A DNA stretch of 64,000 nt from Octopus vulgaris (taxonomy: Eukaryota): the NCBI GenBank assembly GCA_951406725.2, contig OX597835.1, positions 35,402,001-35,466,000 of the forward strand, read 5' to 3'. The position numbers and the translations under genes are program-made. Shown here piece by piece: positions 49,420 through 64,000 of the stretch. Every line of letters starts with the position of its first letter. Within the stretch, counting starts at the first letter, position 1. The notes below the pieces were generated by a model. That model had not been told where the DNA came from. It made no database searches and was given only the letters and a program-made list of their open reading frames with translations.

Positions 49420-49973
49420 CTATATGTTATCTATACATACATATCATACATGCATACATATAACACACGTACATATAAGACAGTTATTCATCCAATAAAC
49501 TTTAGTCACTGTACATGTGTCAGTACAAGATCTTGGTAGAAAATAGTAACTCAAGATATCAGATCGCAGGAGCGGAGAACTGCCTGTATAGTTGTGGGCG
49601 TGTTTGTTTGCATATATGGTGTGTTTGGATATACATTTCATCTATATACAATATATACACCAACAGATGTACACACACACTGACTAATATAATATATATA
49701 TATATACATTACATAGACACACACGCACGCACACAGACACAGTCACACATACACACAAGCATCTATACAGAAATATGTAGAGGCGTGTGGTTAGGGTATT
49801 GGATTCAAAATCGTATGCTTGCGGTTTCGATTCCTTGACCGGGCAATGCGTTGTGTTCTTGAGCAAAACACTTCATTTCACATTGCTCCTGTCCACATAG
49901 CCAGAAAAAACGATCACTGCTGAGATGGAGCGACATCTTGTCGGCAGGGAGAATATATACACCACAGGATCGA

Positions 49974-50005
<32 letters not shown>

Positions 50006-50115
50006 GTACATAAATATAGGTAGCTTACGGGTAAAGCACGCTTACTCTCACAATTTTCCTTGGGTATTTGATTAATGAGAGAGACGGAAGATAGAAGATA
50101 CGAAAATGCTTATTG

Positions 50116-50221
50116 ATCGCTCCAATTGTTTCGACCCATCTAGCATCGATCCTTCTGGTGTGGGATACTGAAAAATTGGTTTAGGAGTTGCCGTCGGTGT
50201 AGGTGTGTCTCGTCAGGTGAT
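50116..50221 (-). ncRNA. Degenerate type I hammerhead motif
   Basis: Minus strand: ATCAC-CTGACGA-GAC...GTC-GAAA-CAATTG-GA-GCGAT. Palindromic CAATTG; the U of the UH site is mutated to G, and stem I has one mismatch. Confidence 0.6.
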
Positions 50222-50831
50222 TACAAGGTGTATCTCGTTAAAATAACGTCTGTTCCGCAAGTTTTCATATCGTTATGTGTGTGTATATATATATATAATT
50301 AATATAACCAGCAGTTTACAATGATTCACCAAAATGGAGAATTATAATTGTCACTAAATGTAACTAGGGTGATAGGAGACACCTACATTGCTAGAAGTAA
50401 GAGATAAGGCTAATGTTGTAGTTAACTCACAGAATTGTTCAAAATGAACGACTTCAAAAAATACTATCAGCGACTCTAATGACGATAAAGGATATGAGAA
50501 ACACCTGTAAACCAAATATGTAGAAGTAGATGTGGAAAGTCCATTATTGATGCTTTTCATGTATATTGCTCTGAGAATGAAAAAAAAAAAAAAAAGAACA
50601 ACCGAGGAATGTAACCATAGATTTATAAAATCGACTTATGGTGGACCACAACTTCGGATTCTGTTTTAGGACTACCGGGAGTTTTATACCAATCAGAAAA
50701 TCTTTTGCTAGCCAGCTGTATGTATTTTCCGTTTTGAAGCGACAACTCATAAATACAAACAAAAGACCGAAAAGTGATGAGCTAGCCCTAGCCAGAATCG
50801 AACCCACAAATCAACGCTTACACATCCACTC

Positions 50832-50903
<72 letters not shown>

Positions 50904-51246
50904 GTCTCTCTCTCCAGCTCTTCCCCCTCCCTGTCGCCATTTATCTGTAAATGCCTACTGTATTAATATCTAATTGTATCAATGTAACACATTAGCCACA
51001 TAATTACTACATAATCTTCACTTAGTACAACTCAGCAATTTGAAAACCACTAAATATGTTCATACATGTTATGAGTATGGATAGGTGCTCTCATGCGCAT
51101 AAACACACACCGACATATACTAATACGAACGCACGCACACATGCGCGCGGACACACTAGCGGGCATAGACAAAACACATGAAAATATAGTCATGTTTATA
51201 TATAGGCGTATATATTGGTGTGTGTGTATGTGCATGTGTGTGTGTG

Positions 51247-51283
<37 letters not shown>

Positions 51284-51299
51284 TATACTATATGTTTAT

Positions 51300-51452
51300 C
51301 ACGCGTGGCTGTGTGCTAAGAAGCTTGCTTCCTAACCACATGGTTCCGGGTTCAGTTCCACTGCGTGGAACTTTTGGCAAATGCCTTCTACTATAGCCTC
51401 GGGCCGACCAAAGCCTTGTGAGTGGATTTGATAGACAGAAACTGAAAGAAGC

Positions 51453-51483
<31 letters not shown>

Positions 51484-51790
51484 CTATCTATATATATAGA
51501 TATATAGATAGATAGATAGATAGATATATGAGCGTGCCTGCGTGTGCATTTGTTTTGTGTTTGTTTGTATGTATGTTTGTGTGTCTGTGATTGTGCCCCC
51601 CACCATCCCTAGCATCGCTTAGAAACTGGTGCTGGTTTATTTCTGTCCCCGAAATATAGCGGTTCAGCAAAAGAGACCGGTAGAATAAGTACTAGGCTTA
51701 CAAAGCATAAGTAGTGGGGTCGATTTCTTCGACTAAAGTCGGTACTCCAGCATGGCCGCAGTCAAATGCCTGAAACGTGTAAAAGAGTAT
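51300..51790 (+). mobile_element. SINE family A, full copy
   Basis: Same head, internal (TA)/(TG) tract and tail as 45315-45705. Confidence 0.85.
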
Positions 51791-51854
51791 ATAAAATGCT
51801 TACATATACATGCATATAATTTTATTTATGTACATTTCTATACATGTATACTCT

Positions 51855-52065
51855 TTTACTCTTTTATTTGTTTCAGACATTTGACTGCGGCCATGCTGGA
51901 GCACCGCCTTTAATCGAACAAATCGACTCCAGGACTTATTCTTTGTAAGCCCAGTACTTATTCTATCGGTCTCTTTTGCCGAACCGCTAGGTGACGGGGA
52001 CGTAAACACACCAGCATCGGTTGTCAAGCAATGCTAGGGGGACAAACACAGACACATAAACACAT

Positions 52066-52150
<85 letters not shown>

Positions 52151-52315
52151 TACGACAGGCGTCTTTCAGTTTCTGTCTACCAAATCCACTCACAAGGCAT
52201 TGGTTGGCCCGGGGCTATAGCAGAAGACACTTGCCAAAGATGCCACGCAGTGGGACTGAACCCGGAACCATGTGGTTGGTTAGCAAGCTACATACCACAC
52301 AGCCACTACTGCGCC
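51855..52315 (-). mobile_element. SINE family A, full copy
   Basis: Reverse-complement homolog of 51300-51790. Confidence 0.85.
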
Positions 52316-52537
52316 TATATATATGTATAAAACATTACTTTGTATTTATATAGATATACGTAACTATACATACGTATATGCTTATTTTATTATGTGCACG
52401 CATGCGTCCTCACAAAAATGTTGACATATACCCACATACCGTGACACATATATTCATTCATGCCTACACATACATACACACACATGCCTCACTTGCACAC
52501 GCTCACATACACACACAAACATTACACACACATACAC

Positions 52538-52576
<39 letters not shown>

Positions 52577-52621
52577 ATAATGATAAATATCAAAGTGAAT
52601 TATATACAGTAGCGGTAACAC

Positions 52622-52851
52622 ATCGTGACGTATATTTGCCATTTCAATATGGCTACCCCTAAGGGTGGATGCTACTGTAGTTTTTAGCCCCAGGAGGACA
52701 CACTCCTCCAGCTGGCCATAGACACACTTTCTGACAGGACACAGAAAGTGTGTGTATGGCCAGCTGGAGGAGTGTGTCCTCCTGGGGCTAAAAACTACAG
52801 TAGCATCCACCCTTAGGGGTAGCCATATTGAAATGGCAAATATACGTCACG

Positions 52852-52853
<2 letters not shown>
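52622..52853. repeat. Near-perfect 232-bp palindrome (foldback; MITE or tail-to-tail retroelement ends)
   Basis: Arms 52622-52733 and 52742-52853 (112 bp, one mismatch at 52721) with an 8-nt loop ACAGGACA; followed by (TA)n. Confidence 0.95.
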
Positions 52854-52918
<65 letters not shown>

Positions 52919-53504
52919 GGAAAGAGAGAAACATATATAGACTCCCCTTATGTTCATAAAACAGAATGGTAGTCATCGAGTGAAGGTACGTTAATCTCTT
53001 GTAAGTGGCCTGTTAATCTGCTGAATAGTCACGTGACGTAGTTATCGGTAGCCATTATTGTCATCAATGACATCACCACCGCTTCAACCACCACCACCAC
53101 CACCACCACCACCACCACCACCAAAACCACCACCACCAAAACCACCACCACCACCAAAACCACCACTACCACCACCACCAAAACCACCACCACCACCACC
53201 ACCACCACCACCACCACCACCACCACTACCACCACTACCACCACTACCACCACCACCATTATCATCACAACTATGAGTAGCACTACTGCTGCAGTGCTTC
53301 AAACCCAAACATCAATACCATCGCTGCCACCATTTCTACAATTTATGTCTTCGAGACGAAGTAATAGACCGGCTCAGTCTATTGAATTTTCGTCCTTTTC
53401 CACAGACAGTACTGTTTTACTGCATGGTTAGTTTAGAGCCTCGCGATTCTAGAAGACCAATTCTGATCCATGTATGTCGTAGCTTGCTCTCTCTCTCTCT
53501 TTCT

Positions 53505-53902
53505 CTCTTTTACTTGTTTCAATCATGTGACTGTGGCCATGCTGGAGCATCGCCTTTGGTCGAGCAAATAGACTCCAGGACTTATTCTTTGTAAGCCTAG
53601 TGCTTATTCTATCGGTTCTCTTTTGCCGAACCGCTAAGTTACGTGGACGTAAACACACCAGCATCGTTTGTCAAGCGATGTTGGGGGGACCAACACAGAC
53701 ACACAAACATATACACACACATACATATATACATATATACTACGGGCTTCTTTCAGTTTCCGTCTACCAAATCCACTCACAAGGATTTGGTCGGCCCGAG
53801 GCTATAGTAGAAGGCACTTGCCCAAGGTGCCACGCAGTGGGACTGAACCCGGAACCATATGGTTGGTAAGCAAGCTACTTACCACACAGCCACTTCTACG
53901 CC
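53505..53902 (-). mobile_element. SINE family A, full copy
   Basis: Homologous to 45315-45705. Confidence 0.85.
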
Positions 53903-54575
53903 TGTCAATAATAATGACTATAGGACCCAGTGCACTGGTTTACCAGGTGCCCTGAATACATTGTTAAGATGGCCCTGCAGACAGATGTTGCCTTAGAAGC
54001 TTCACTAAGAGTTTCTGGGTATGACCACATCTTAAATAAGAGTCAGAGTAAGGGCCAAACAGATTAACCTACGGGAGTAGATAAGACGTTCTGGCGCAGC
54101 TAATTTTCCGTCGGGCGCTTTGTTCATCGGGTTTTTTTTTTGGCACAGTGATAATTTTGGTTTTATTGTTATTATTAGCATCACCACTGATACCACCACC
54201 ACCACCACCAAATTTTGGTGTTGTGAGCCGAATAATCGGAGGTGGGAGTGGGATGACGAGAGAGATAGAGAGAGTGAGAGAGAGAAGGAGAGAATGAGAG
54301 AGAGAGAGAGAGAGAGAGAGAAAGAAGTAAAGAGTGGGAGATAGAAGCATTAAAATGTATTTAGTGACTCTAATTTCTGCAAGCATGTCTTTCTCCCACT
54401 ATATTTAGGGGTTTGACAGAAATGGCTTAGATCTCTATTATTGAAAATCTTGAAATTGCGGACCTCCTTAAAATAACACATAAACATCTCAAAGATCTCC
54501 AAGAGCATTTTCAATTTCCTCTCATACAGAAGCAAATGTATCCATATCTATATTTATCTCTCTCGATCGCTCTTG

Positions 54576-54627
<52 letters not shown>

Positions 54628-54923
54628 TCAGGGGCAGGCGTGGCTGTGTAGTAAAAAGCTTGCTTCCCGACCACATGATTCTGGGAGTACCTTCTGCTAC
54701 AGCCTCGAGCTGACCAAAGCCTTGTGAGTGGATTTGGTAGACGGAATCTAAAAGAAGACAGTCGTATTTATATATATATATACTTATATATTTAGCAAAA
54801 ATTCTAGATTCAGATGAATATGGTACTTAAGTTGAGGCACCAGAATTTAGTACGGTATTATCCATACAATTTCAAAGTAAGGTGATTAAAATCAAAATAA
54901 GCAACAAGGATATCCAGAGGTAA

Positions 54924-55010
54924 TGCAGTACGATCGTTTCATGCAACTCCGTTTAATTAAACAATGCAATCATTACATCAATTTAAAATGTAGAGCTATC
55001 TTCAGCTGCA
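54924..55010 (-). ncRNA. Type I hammerhead ribozyme motif with palindromic stem III
   Basis: Minus strand: TGCAG-CTGAAGA-TAGCTC...GAGTTGCAT-GAAA-CGATCG-TA-CTGCA. Perfect 5-bp stem I, intact core, palindromic CGATCG. Confidence 0.8.
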
Positions 55011-55339
55011 CAAAGACATAGAATTTAATTAAATTAGAACAGATGGACAAATTAGTATAATTATACCTAATATCTCCACGAAGTTAAGGAGATAGACAAA
55101 CAACATGTTGTCTCTACTTCAGCATAGAAGTAACTTTTATGCTTACACACAAGACAGAAAATGTCAGAAAGACAGGTCAGTTATTCCTCTGGAATTTTTT
55201 GTAAATTCTTAAATATATCCCCTTCTGTGTATAAATATACTACCAAACAAACATTATTTTTATTGTACTACCACCACCGCCGCCTTAATTAGCACCATTA
55301 TAATCGTTTCCATAGTTATCGGTATCGTCAGTATTAAGA

Positions 55340-57860
<2,521 letters not shown>

Positions 57861-58548
57861 GACGCACCTAAAGCTCCACGAGCTCTGGCAGGGGGTGGTG
57901 GCGACCCCTGTTGTACTCTTTCGCTCCAACTTTCTCTCACTCTTCCTTCCTGTTTCTTGTCCCCGATTTCCTACGCAACCGCTGAGCCTGGATGCGCATT
58001 CATCCATCCGTCGATGCTCTCGGTGGCGGGGGCTGATCTGCTTTCTCTTCTGCGGGTCTTACGAATAGCAAAGGACCACGTTTCGGACCTCTCCCACTAA
58101 TGAGACGAAGACCGCTTCGCTCAACGAACTAACAAATCATCAACAAACACCAATCCGAAGCAATTAGTGAACCTTTATATCGGCATTTAATTTTCCAGAA
58201 TAACAGGAAGATTTTACCAATTTACTAAAATACTGATGATACACGCGTTCATATAAAGTTGGGAAATGGACTCTGGATTTACAGAGTGATTTTCGTCAGT
58301 CGGAAAAGTTTCTAGTTACACATTTCTAATTGCTTCTGATCGTTTTTCCGCCACACATGTACGTGTTTTCAGTTACTTTTAGTTGTTGTTTGTCCATAAT
58401 CTCAGTGATATATCCTATAGCATAACATTAGCGCAATCAGAAACGCGCCGAAACTATGATGAATGTGGTCTCCAAAGCCGATGAGAGGATTTCTATGTTT
58501 GTTCTTTCTACTTTTCCGTTAGTCATTAGCATTTCGATTTTTCATTGA

Positions 58549-58614
<66 letters not shown>

Positions 58615-59168
58615 ACCCACGCATGCATTCACATATACAAACCGCTGACGTCATAAGAATATTTGGTAAACTCTTGAGAGAACCCGAAATAATATTTTTT
58701 AGGAACAGTGGTTCTCAAAGCTCATCACATACCGCTGTATCGGCTTTTTCTATCCAAACGTGTTTTTAACCCCTTCCATGCTTTTGCTCTTAGCTGAATG
58801 CGATGAGCTTCGAGAAGCATTATTCAAAGAGAGGATATATCTATATGCAAAATATCCTTGGACAGTTGCAGCAGAATCATATCAATTTCCTTACTCTATC
58901 AGTAAAGGTTGTTAATTCTTCGTCAAACCTATCTCCGGTTCTCTAGAATTTGGTCCATTTAGTCCGTAATGTTATCCAATTAAAATCAGAGTAGTACTTT
59001 ATCAATCCTAGCACCTTGAGAGACAAAGGCGATTTCAGTGGGATGGAAATGCGAAGTATAAGGCGGTCAATACTACTACAGATAGGCTTTATTTCTGATG
59101 GTCAAACGTACTCGCCAATTAGATCTATTGACAAGTATATCGATCAGTTTATGTAAATCGGAAAGTCC

Positions 59169-59234
<66 letters not shown>

Positions 59235-59439
59235 TTTACTATTTCTTTTTAAATCAAGTATTGAAGCCGTCGTCCGTCGCAAGCTCCAATCCGCACAGGG
59301 GGTGCATCGGCTACAGTGGCGGCATGAGTGCCTCACTCACCGTCTAACTTTTGCAGCGCGAGCAATCCAAAGGATGACTGTACTCTCGATCCTGGTAGGG
59401 GTTTATCGACAGGAGACCCAGCCATGACTGCGTCTCCAC

Positions 59440-61060
59440 CTCTCTCTCTCCCTCTGTTTGTCTCTCTCTCTCTGTCTGTCTATTTCTCTCTGTGTCTGTC
59501 TGTCTGTCTGTCTCTCTCTGTCTGTCTGTTTCTCTCTGTGTCTGTCTGTCTCTCTGTGTCTGTCTGTCTCTCTTTGTCTGTCTGTCTCTCTGTGTCTGTC
59601 TGTCTCTGTCTGTCTGTCTCTTTCTGTGTCTGTCTGTCTCTCTGTGTCTGTCTATCTCTCTCTGTGTCTCTCTCTGTGTCTGTCTGTTTCTCTCTGTGTC
59701 TGTCTGTCTCTCTGTGTCTGTCTGTCTCTGTCTGTCTGTCTCTTTCTGTGTCTGTCTGTCTCTCTGTGTCTGTCTGTTTCTCTCTGTGTCTGTCTGTCTC
59801 TGTGTGTCTGTCTGTCTCTCTCTGTGTCTGTCTCTCTCTGTCTGTCTGTTTCTCTCTGTGTCTGTCTGTCTCTCTGTCTGTCTGTTTCTCTCTGTGTCTG
59901 TCTGTCTCTCTCTGTGTCTCTCTTTCTGTCTGTCTGTCTCTCTCTGTCTGTCTGTTTCTCTCTGTGTCTGTCTGTCTGTTTCTGTGTCTGTCTGTCTCTC
60001 TCTGTCTGTCTGTTTCTCTCTGTGTCTGTCTGTCTCTCTCTGTGTCTCTCTCTGTGTCTGTCTGTCTCTTTCTGTGTCTCTCTGTCTCTCTCTGTCTGTC
60101 TGTTTCTCTCTGTGTCTGTCTGTCTCTCTCTGTGTCTCTCTCTGTGTCTGTCTGTCTCTTTCTGTGTATGTCTGTCTCTCTCTGTCTCTCTCTCTGTGTC
60201 TCTGTCTGTCTCTCTCTGTCTCTCTCTGTCTGTCTGTCTCTCTGTGTCTGTCTGTCTCTCTCTGTCTCTCTGTGTCTGTCGGTCTCTCTCTGTGTCTCTC
60301 TCTGTGTCTGTCTGTCTGTCTCTCTCTGTCTGTCTGTCTCTTTCTGTGTCTGTCTGTCTCTCTGTGTCTGTCTGTCTCTCTCTCTCTCTCTGTCTCTCTG
60401 TGTGTCTGTGTGTCTGTCTGTCTCTGTCTGTCTGTCTCTCTCTGTGTCTGTCTGTCTCTCTCTCTGTGTCTGTCTGTCTCTCTCTGTGTCTCCCTCTGTG
60501 TCTGTCTGTCTGTCTCTTTCTGTGTCTGTCTGTCTCTCTGTGTCTGTCTGCCTGTCTCTGTCTGTCTGTTTCTCTCTGTGTCTGTCTGTCTCTCTCTGTC
60601 TGTCTCTGTCTCTCTGTGTCTGTCTGTCTCTCTCTGTGTCTCTCTCTGTGTCTGTCTGTCTCTCTGTGTCTGTCTGTCTCTTTCTGTGTCTGTCTGTCTC
60701 TCTCTGTGTGTCTCTCCGTGTCTGTCTGTCTCTCTCTCTGTGTCTGTCTCTCTCTCTGTGTCTGTCTCTCTCTCTGTGTCTGTCTCTCTCTGTGTCTGTC
60801 TGTCTTTGTCTGTCTGTCTGTCTCTGTCTGTCTGTCTGTCTCTCTCTGTCTGTCTGTGTGTCTGTCTGTCTGTCTCTGTCTGTCTGTCTGTCTCTCTCTC
60901 TGTGTCTGTCTGTCTCTCTCTGCCTATCTCTCTCTCTGCCTATCTCTCTCTCTCCGTCTATCTGTGTGTCTGTCTCTGTCTCTTCTCTCCCTGTCTCTGT
61001 CTCTGCCTCTCTGTCTGTCTGTCTGTCTGTCTCTCTATATATTTATCTCTGTATCTCTAT
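59440..61060 (+). repeat. 1.6-kb compound (TC)/(TG)/(TCTG) satellite
   Basis: Almost devoid of A on the plus strand, which explains the three stop-free frames. Confidence 0.97.
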
Positions 61061-61811
61061 ATATACATTGGAGCAGCCAAGGCCGTGTGCTTGAGAATCT
61101 CACTTTGGAACTACATGTCTTCGAGTTCCTTCCCACTGCGTGGGGTCTTTAGCCCTAGGTTACCCAGTGCTGATACATTGATGACCGTCTTATGTATGTC
61201 TATATATGTGCCTGTGTGCCATTGTGTTATGTTTATCCCTCACCAGTTGACAACCAGCTGGTTTCTTTACATTCTACTGACCTAGCGGTTCGGCAAAAGA
61301 TACGATAAAATAAGTGCGAGGCTTAAAGAAAAAAAAATAGTGGGGTCGATTTTTATTAGTTTGACTCAACAGCCCTTCAAGGCGGTACCCTAGCATGGCC
61401 GCAGTCCAATGACTGAAACAAGTAAAAGACAAAAAATATATCACAGGCGTGGCTTTTAGGTAAGAAGCTTTCTTCCCAACCCCATGGTTCCAAGTTCAGT
61501 CCCATTGCATGTGATCTTTGGAAAGTGTCTTCCACTACAGCCTTGGGACGACTAAAGTTTGGGAGTGGATTTGGTTGACGGAAACAGAAAGAAGTTCATT
61601 CTATACATACGTATATCCATACATACATACATACATACATACATACATACATACATACATACATACATACATACATACATAAATACATACATACATACAT
61701 ACATTCATACATACATACATACATACATACATACATACATACATACATACATACATACATACATACATACATACATACATACATACATACATACATACAT
61801 ACATACATACA

Positions 61812-62240
61812 TGGAATGTACCAGTGAAGACCTCAATAAAATGTAAGCACAATAGACCTGATATAATGATTTGGGATAGAGAAGAGAAACTGTGCACAGT
61901 TGTGGAAATTAGCTGCCCATTGGATGTTAACATAAAACTAAAGATCAGTGAAAAAGAGAATACTTATGCTGAACTATTGAGAAATCTGCAGTTACTCTAT
62001 CCGGATTATAAGTTCAGGTTTATACCTTGGGCCCTGGGATATGTAACAAATTGCCTAAATACCAATCTTGAGGAATTAGGCTTCTCGAAACCAGAAAGGA
62101 GAAAGCTAATTTGAAGATTACAGATCCAATCCATCACTGGAACTGTAAAAAAATCTGTAAAATTTCCAGAAGTTTATCATTTAAATATATATGAGCATGT
62201 CTAGATATGCAAATATATGCATGAGAATACATAAATACCT
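61812..62240 (+). mobile_element. 5'-truncated R4/Dong-type (RLE) non-LTR retrotransposon, restriction-like endonuclease region
   Basis: ORF 61824-62114 reads KHNRPDIMIWDREEKLCTVVEISCPLDVN...EKENTYAELL...IPWALG, matching the PD-(D/E)xK RLE motif HNRPDIV..D....IDV..P.D.N..EK..KY..L. It continues past a stop as RLQIQSITGTVK. Flanked by (TACA)n on both sides. Confidence 0.85.
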
Positions 62241-62325
62241 ACATACATACACACGCATATAAATTTAGAGAGAGAGGGGGAGAGGGAGAAAGAGAAGGAG
62301 AGAGATGCATGCATATATATATATC

Positions 62326-62633
62326 ATCGTGATCACTCTGACTGACCAGGCTATCAGATGTTACTACGCATCGATGGTCACAATGCGTTTCGCATTGTTT
62401 TAGCCTTTAAATGACGCCACCCCGCTGGCTAAGCGAGGAGGCCAACAGAAGAAAGAGTGAGAGAAAGTTGTGGCGAAAGAGTACAGCAGGGATCGCCACC
62501 ACCTCGTGCCGGAGTTCGTGGAGCTTTGGGCGTTTTCGCTCAATAAACACTCACAACGCCCGGTCTGGGAATCGAAACCGCGATCTTACGACCGCAAGTC
62601 CGCTTCTCTAATCACTGGGCCATTGCTCCTCCA

Positions 62634-62635
<2 letters not shown>
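62326..62635 (-). mobile_element. tRNA-derived SINE family C
   Basis: Minus head GCAATGGCCCAGTGATTAG...GGTTTCGATTCCCAGACCGGG. Its 3' part matches 23240-23356 (+) and its middle matches 57862-57955 (+). Confidence 0.75.
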
Positions 62636-62686
<51 letters not shown>

Positions 62687-62804
62687 TTAAAATCCTTAAA
62701 AAATTTTTAGCCCGAAGGCCGTGGCCATGCTGGGGCACCACCGCTGGAAACATGCTTAGCAATGTAGCTGCGAACTACAACGTACATACTGCATCCAATG
62801 CAGT

Positions 62805-62861
<57 letters not shown>

Positions 62862-62877
62862 CACTTACACATATAGA

Positions 62878-63038
62878 GGTGCAAGAGTGAGTGTGCGGTA
62901 AGAATCTTGCTTCCCAACCACATGATTCCGGGCTCAGTCCCACTGCATGGCACCATGGGTAAGTGTCTTCTAATATAGCCTCGAACCGACCAAAACGTCG
63001 TAAGTGGATTTGGTAGATGGACACTGAAAGAGCTCATC

Positions 63039-63091
<53 letters not shown>

Positions 63092-63315
63092 TGTATGTGT
63101 GTGTGTATATATATGTATATATTTGTGTCTGTGTTTATCTCCCCACCATTGCTTGACAACCAATGTCGGCGTGTTTACGTCCCCGCAACTTGCCGGTTTG
63201 GCAAAATAGATCGATAAAATAAGTATCAAGCTTACAAAGAATAAGCCCTAGAGACGATTTGTTCTATTAAAGTCGGTGCTCCAGCATGGCCGCAGTCAGA
63301 TGACTGGAACAAAGA
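62878..63315 (+). mobile_element. SINE family A, full copy
   Basis: Head 62878-63040, microsatellite, tail 63120-63315. Confidence 0.8.
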
Positions 63316-63463
63316 AATATATATATATATACTTATATATATATATATATACATACACACACAAATACACACAAACTCGTACACACATATACACGCATAT
63401 ATATATTTGTATATACGTATACCCACATAAAAGTACACACACATACACACACACACACAGACA

Positions 63464-63515
<52 letters not shown>

Positions 63516-63923
63516 TGTATGTATGTATTGCCTGAAGTATAATGGTTATCTCATTAACCTAACTAACGAAGATTAACAGTTTACACCAATTCAGTAATTA
63601 ATTGTACCCTACTTTATATATAAAGCAACATGCGATACAGATTTTGAGAAAATTTAGTAAATGTCTTTTATGTGGAAACGTAAAAATCGTCCTGGCATTT
63701 AGGCTTATTAAGCCGCATTTATACGTGTTGTTTACACACGCAATTACATAGCAGATAATTAATTAAGCAATGCTCATTTGGATTTAATGATTCTAATAAA
63801 CATTGCACTAATTAGAGGGAATATAGTGAAAAACCGCAACAACATTAAATAAAATTATTGAGATGGAAGTTGAGATAAATAAACAAGCGAAGAGCGCCAA
63901 GAGAAACAAGCATAAAAAGGTAA

Positions 63924-64000
<77 letters not shown>

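Noticed and set aside
53058-53308. Poly-Pro extensin-like / poly-Gly ORFs
   Set aside because: (CCA)n microsatellite without exon boundaries.
59328-61285. Three ORFs of 564-597 aa
   Set aside because: The TC/TG satellite lacks A on the plus strand, so stops cannot form; the translations are L/S/V/C repeats.

Overview
AT-rich animal genomic DNA dominated by microsatellites ((TA)n, (CA)n, (TACA)n, (TATC)n, (AAT)n, (GAA)n, (CAC)n) and tRNA-derived SINEs. This repeat landscape suggests an octopus (coleoid cephalopod), which is an inference. Nearly all listed ORFs are microsatellite read-through. One credible host coding exon is present (12462-12873, minus): an eh1 (FSISRIL) transcription-factor first exon, probably of an NKL homeobox gene, whose homeobox I could not find in the window. 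Other elements are an internally deleted Tc1 transposon, two 3' fragments of R4/Dong-type RLE retrotransposons in different microsatellites, probable L1/Tx1 tails and four SINE families. The most interesting signal is a dense set of type I hammerhead-ribozyme motifs, with short and mostly palindromic stem III as in Penelope-like elements. They sit in unrelated short islands within (TA)n tracts, often with inverted repeats. One is a composite element (tRNA-like head + (AAT)n + hammerhead) whose inverted terminal copy starts exactly at the predicted cleavage site. The 12.7-17.7 kb region and two smaller blocks look like assembly false duplications or mosaics. All calls were made by eye, with no database searches.
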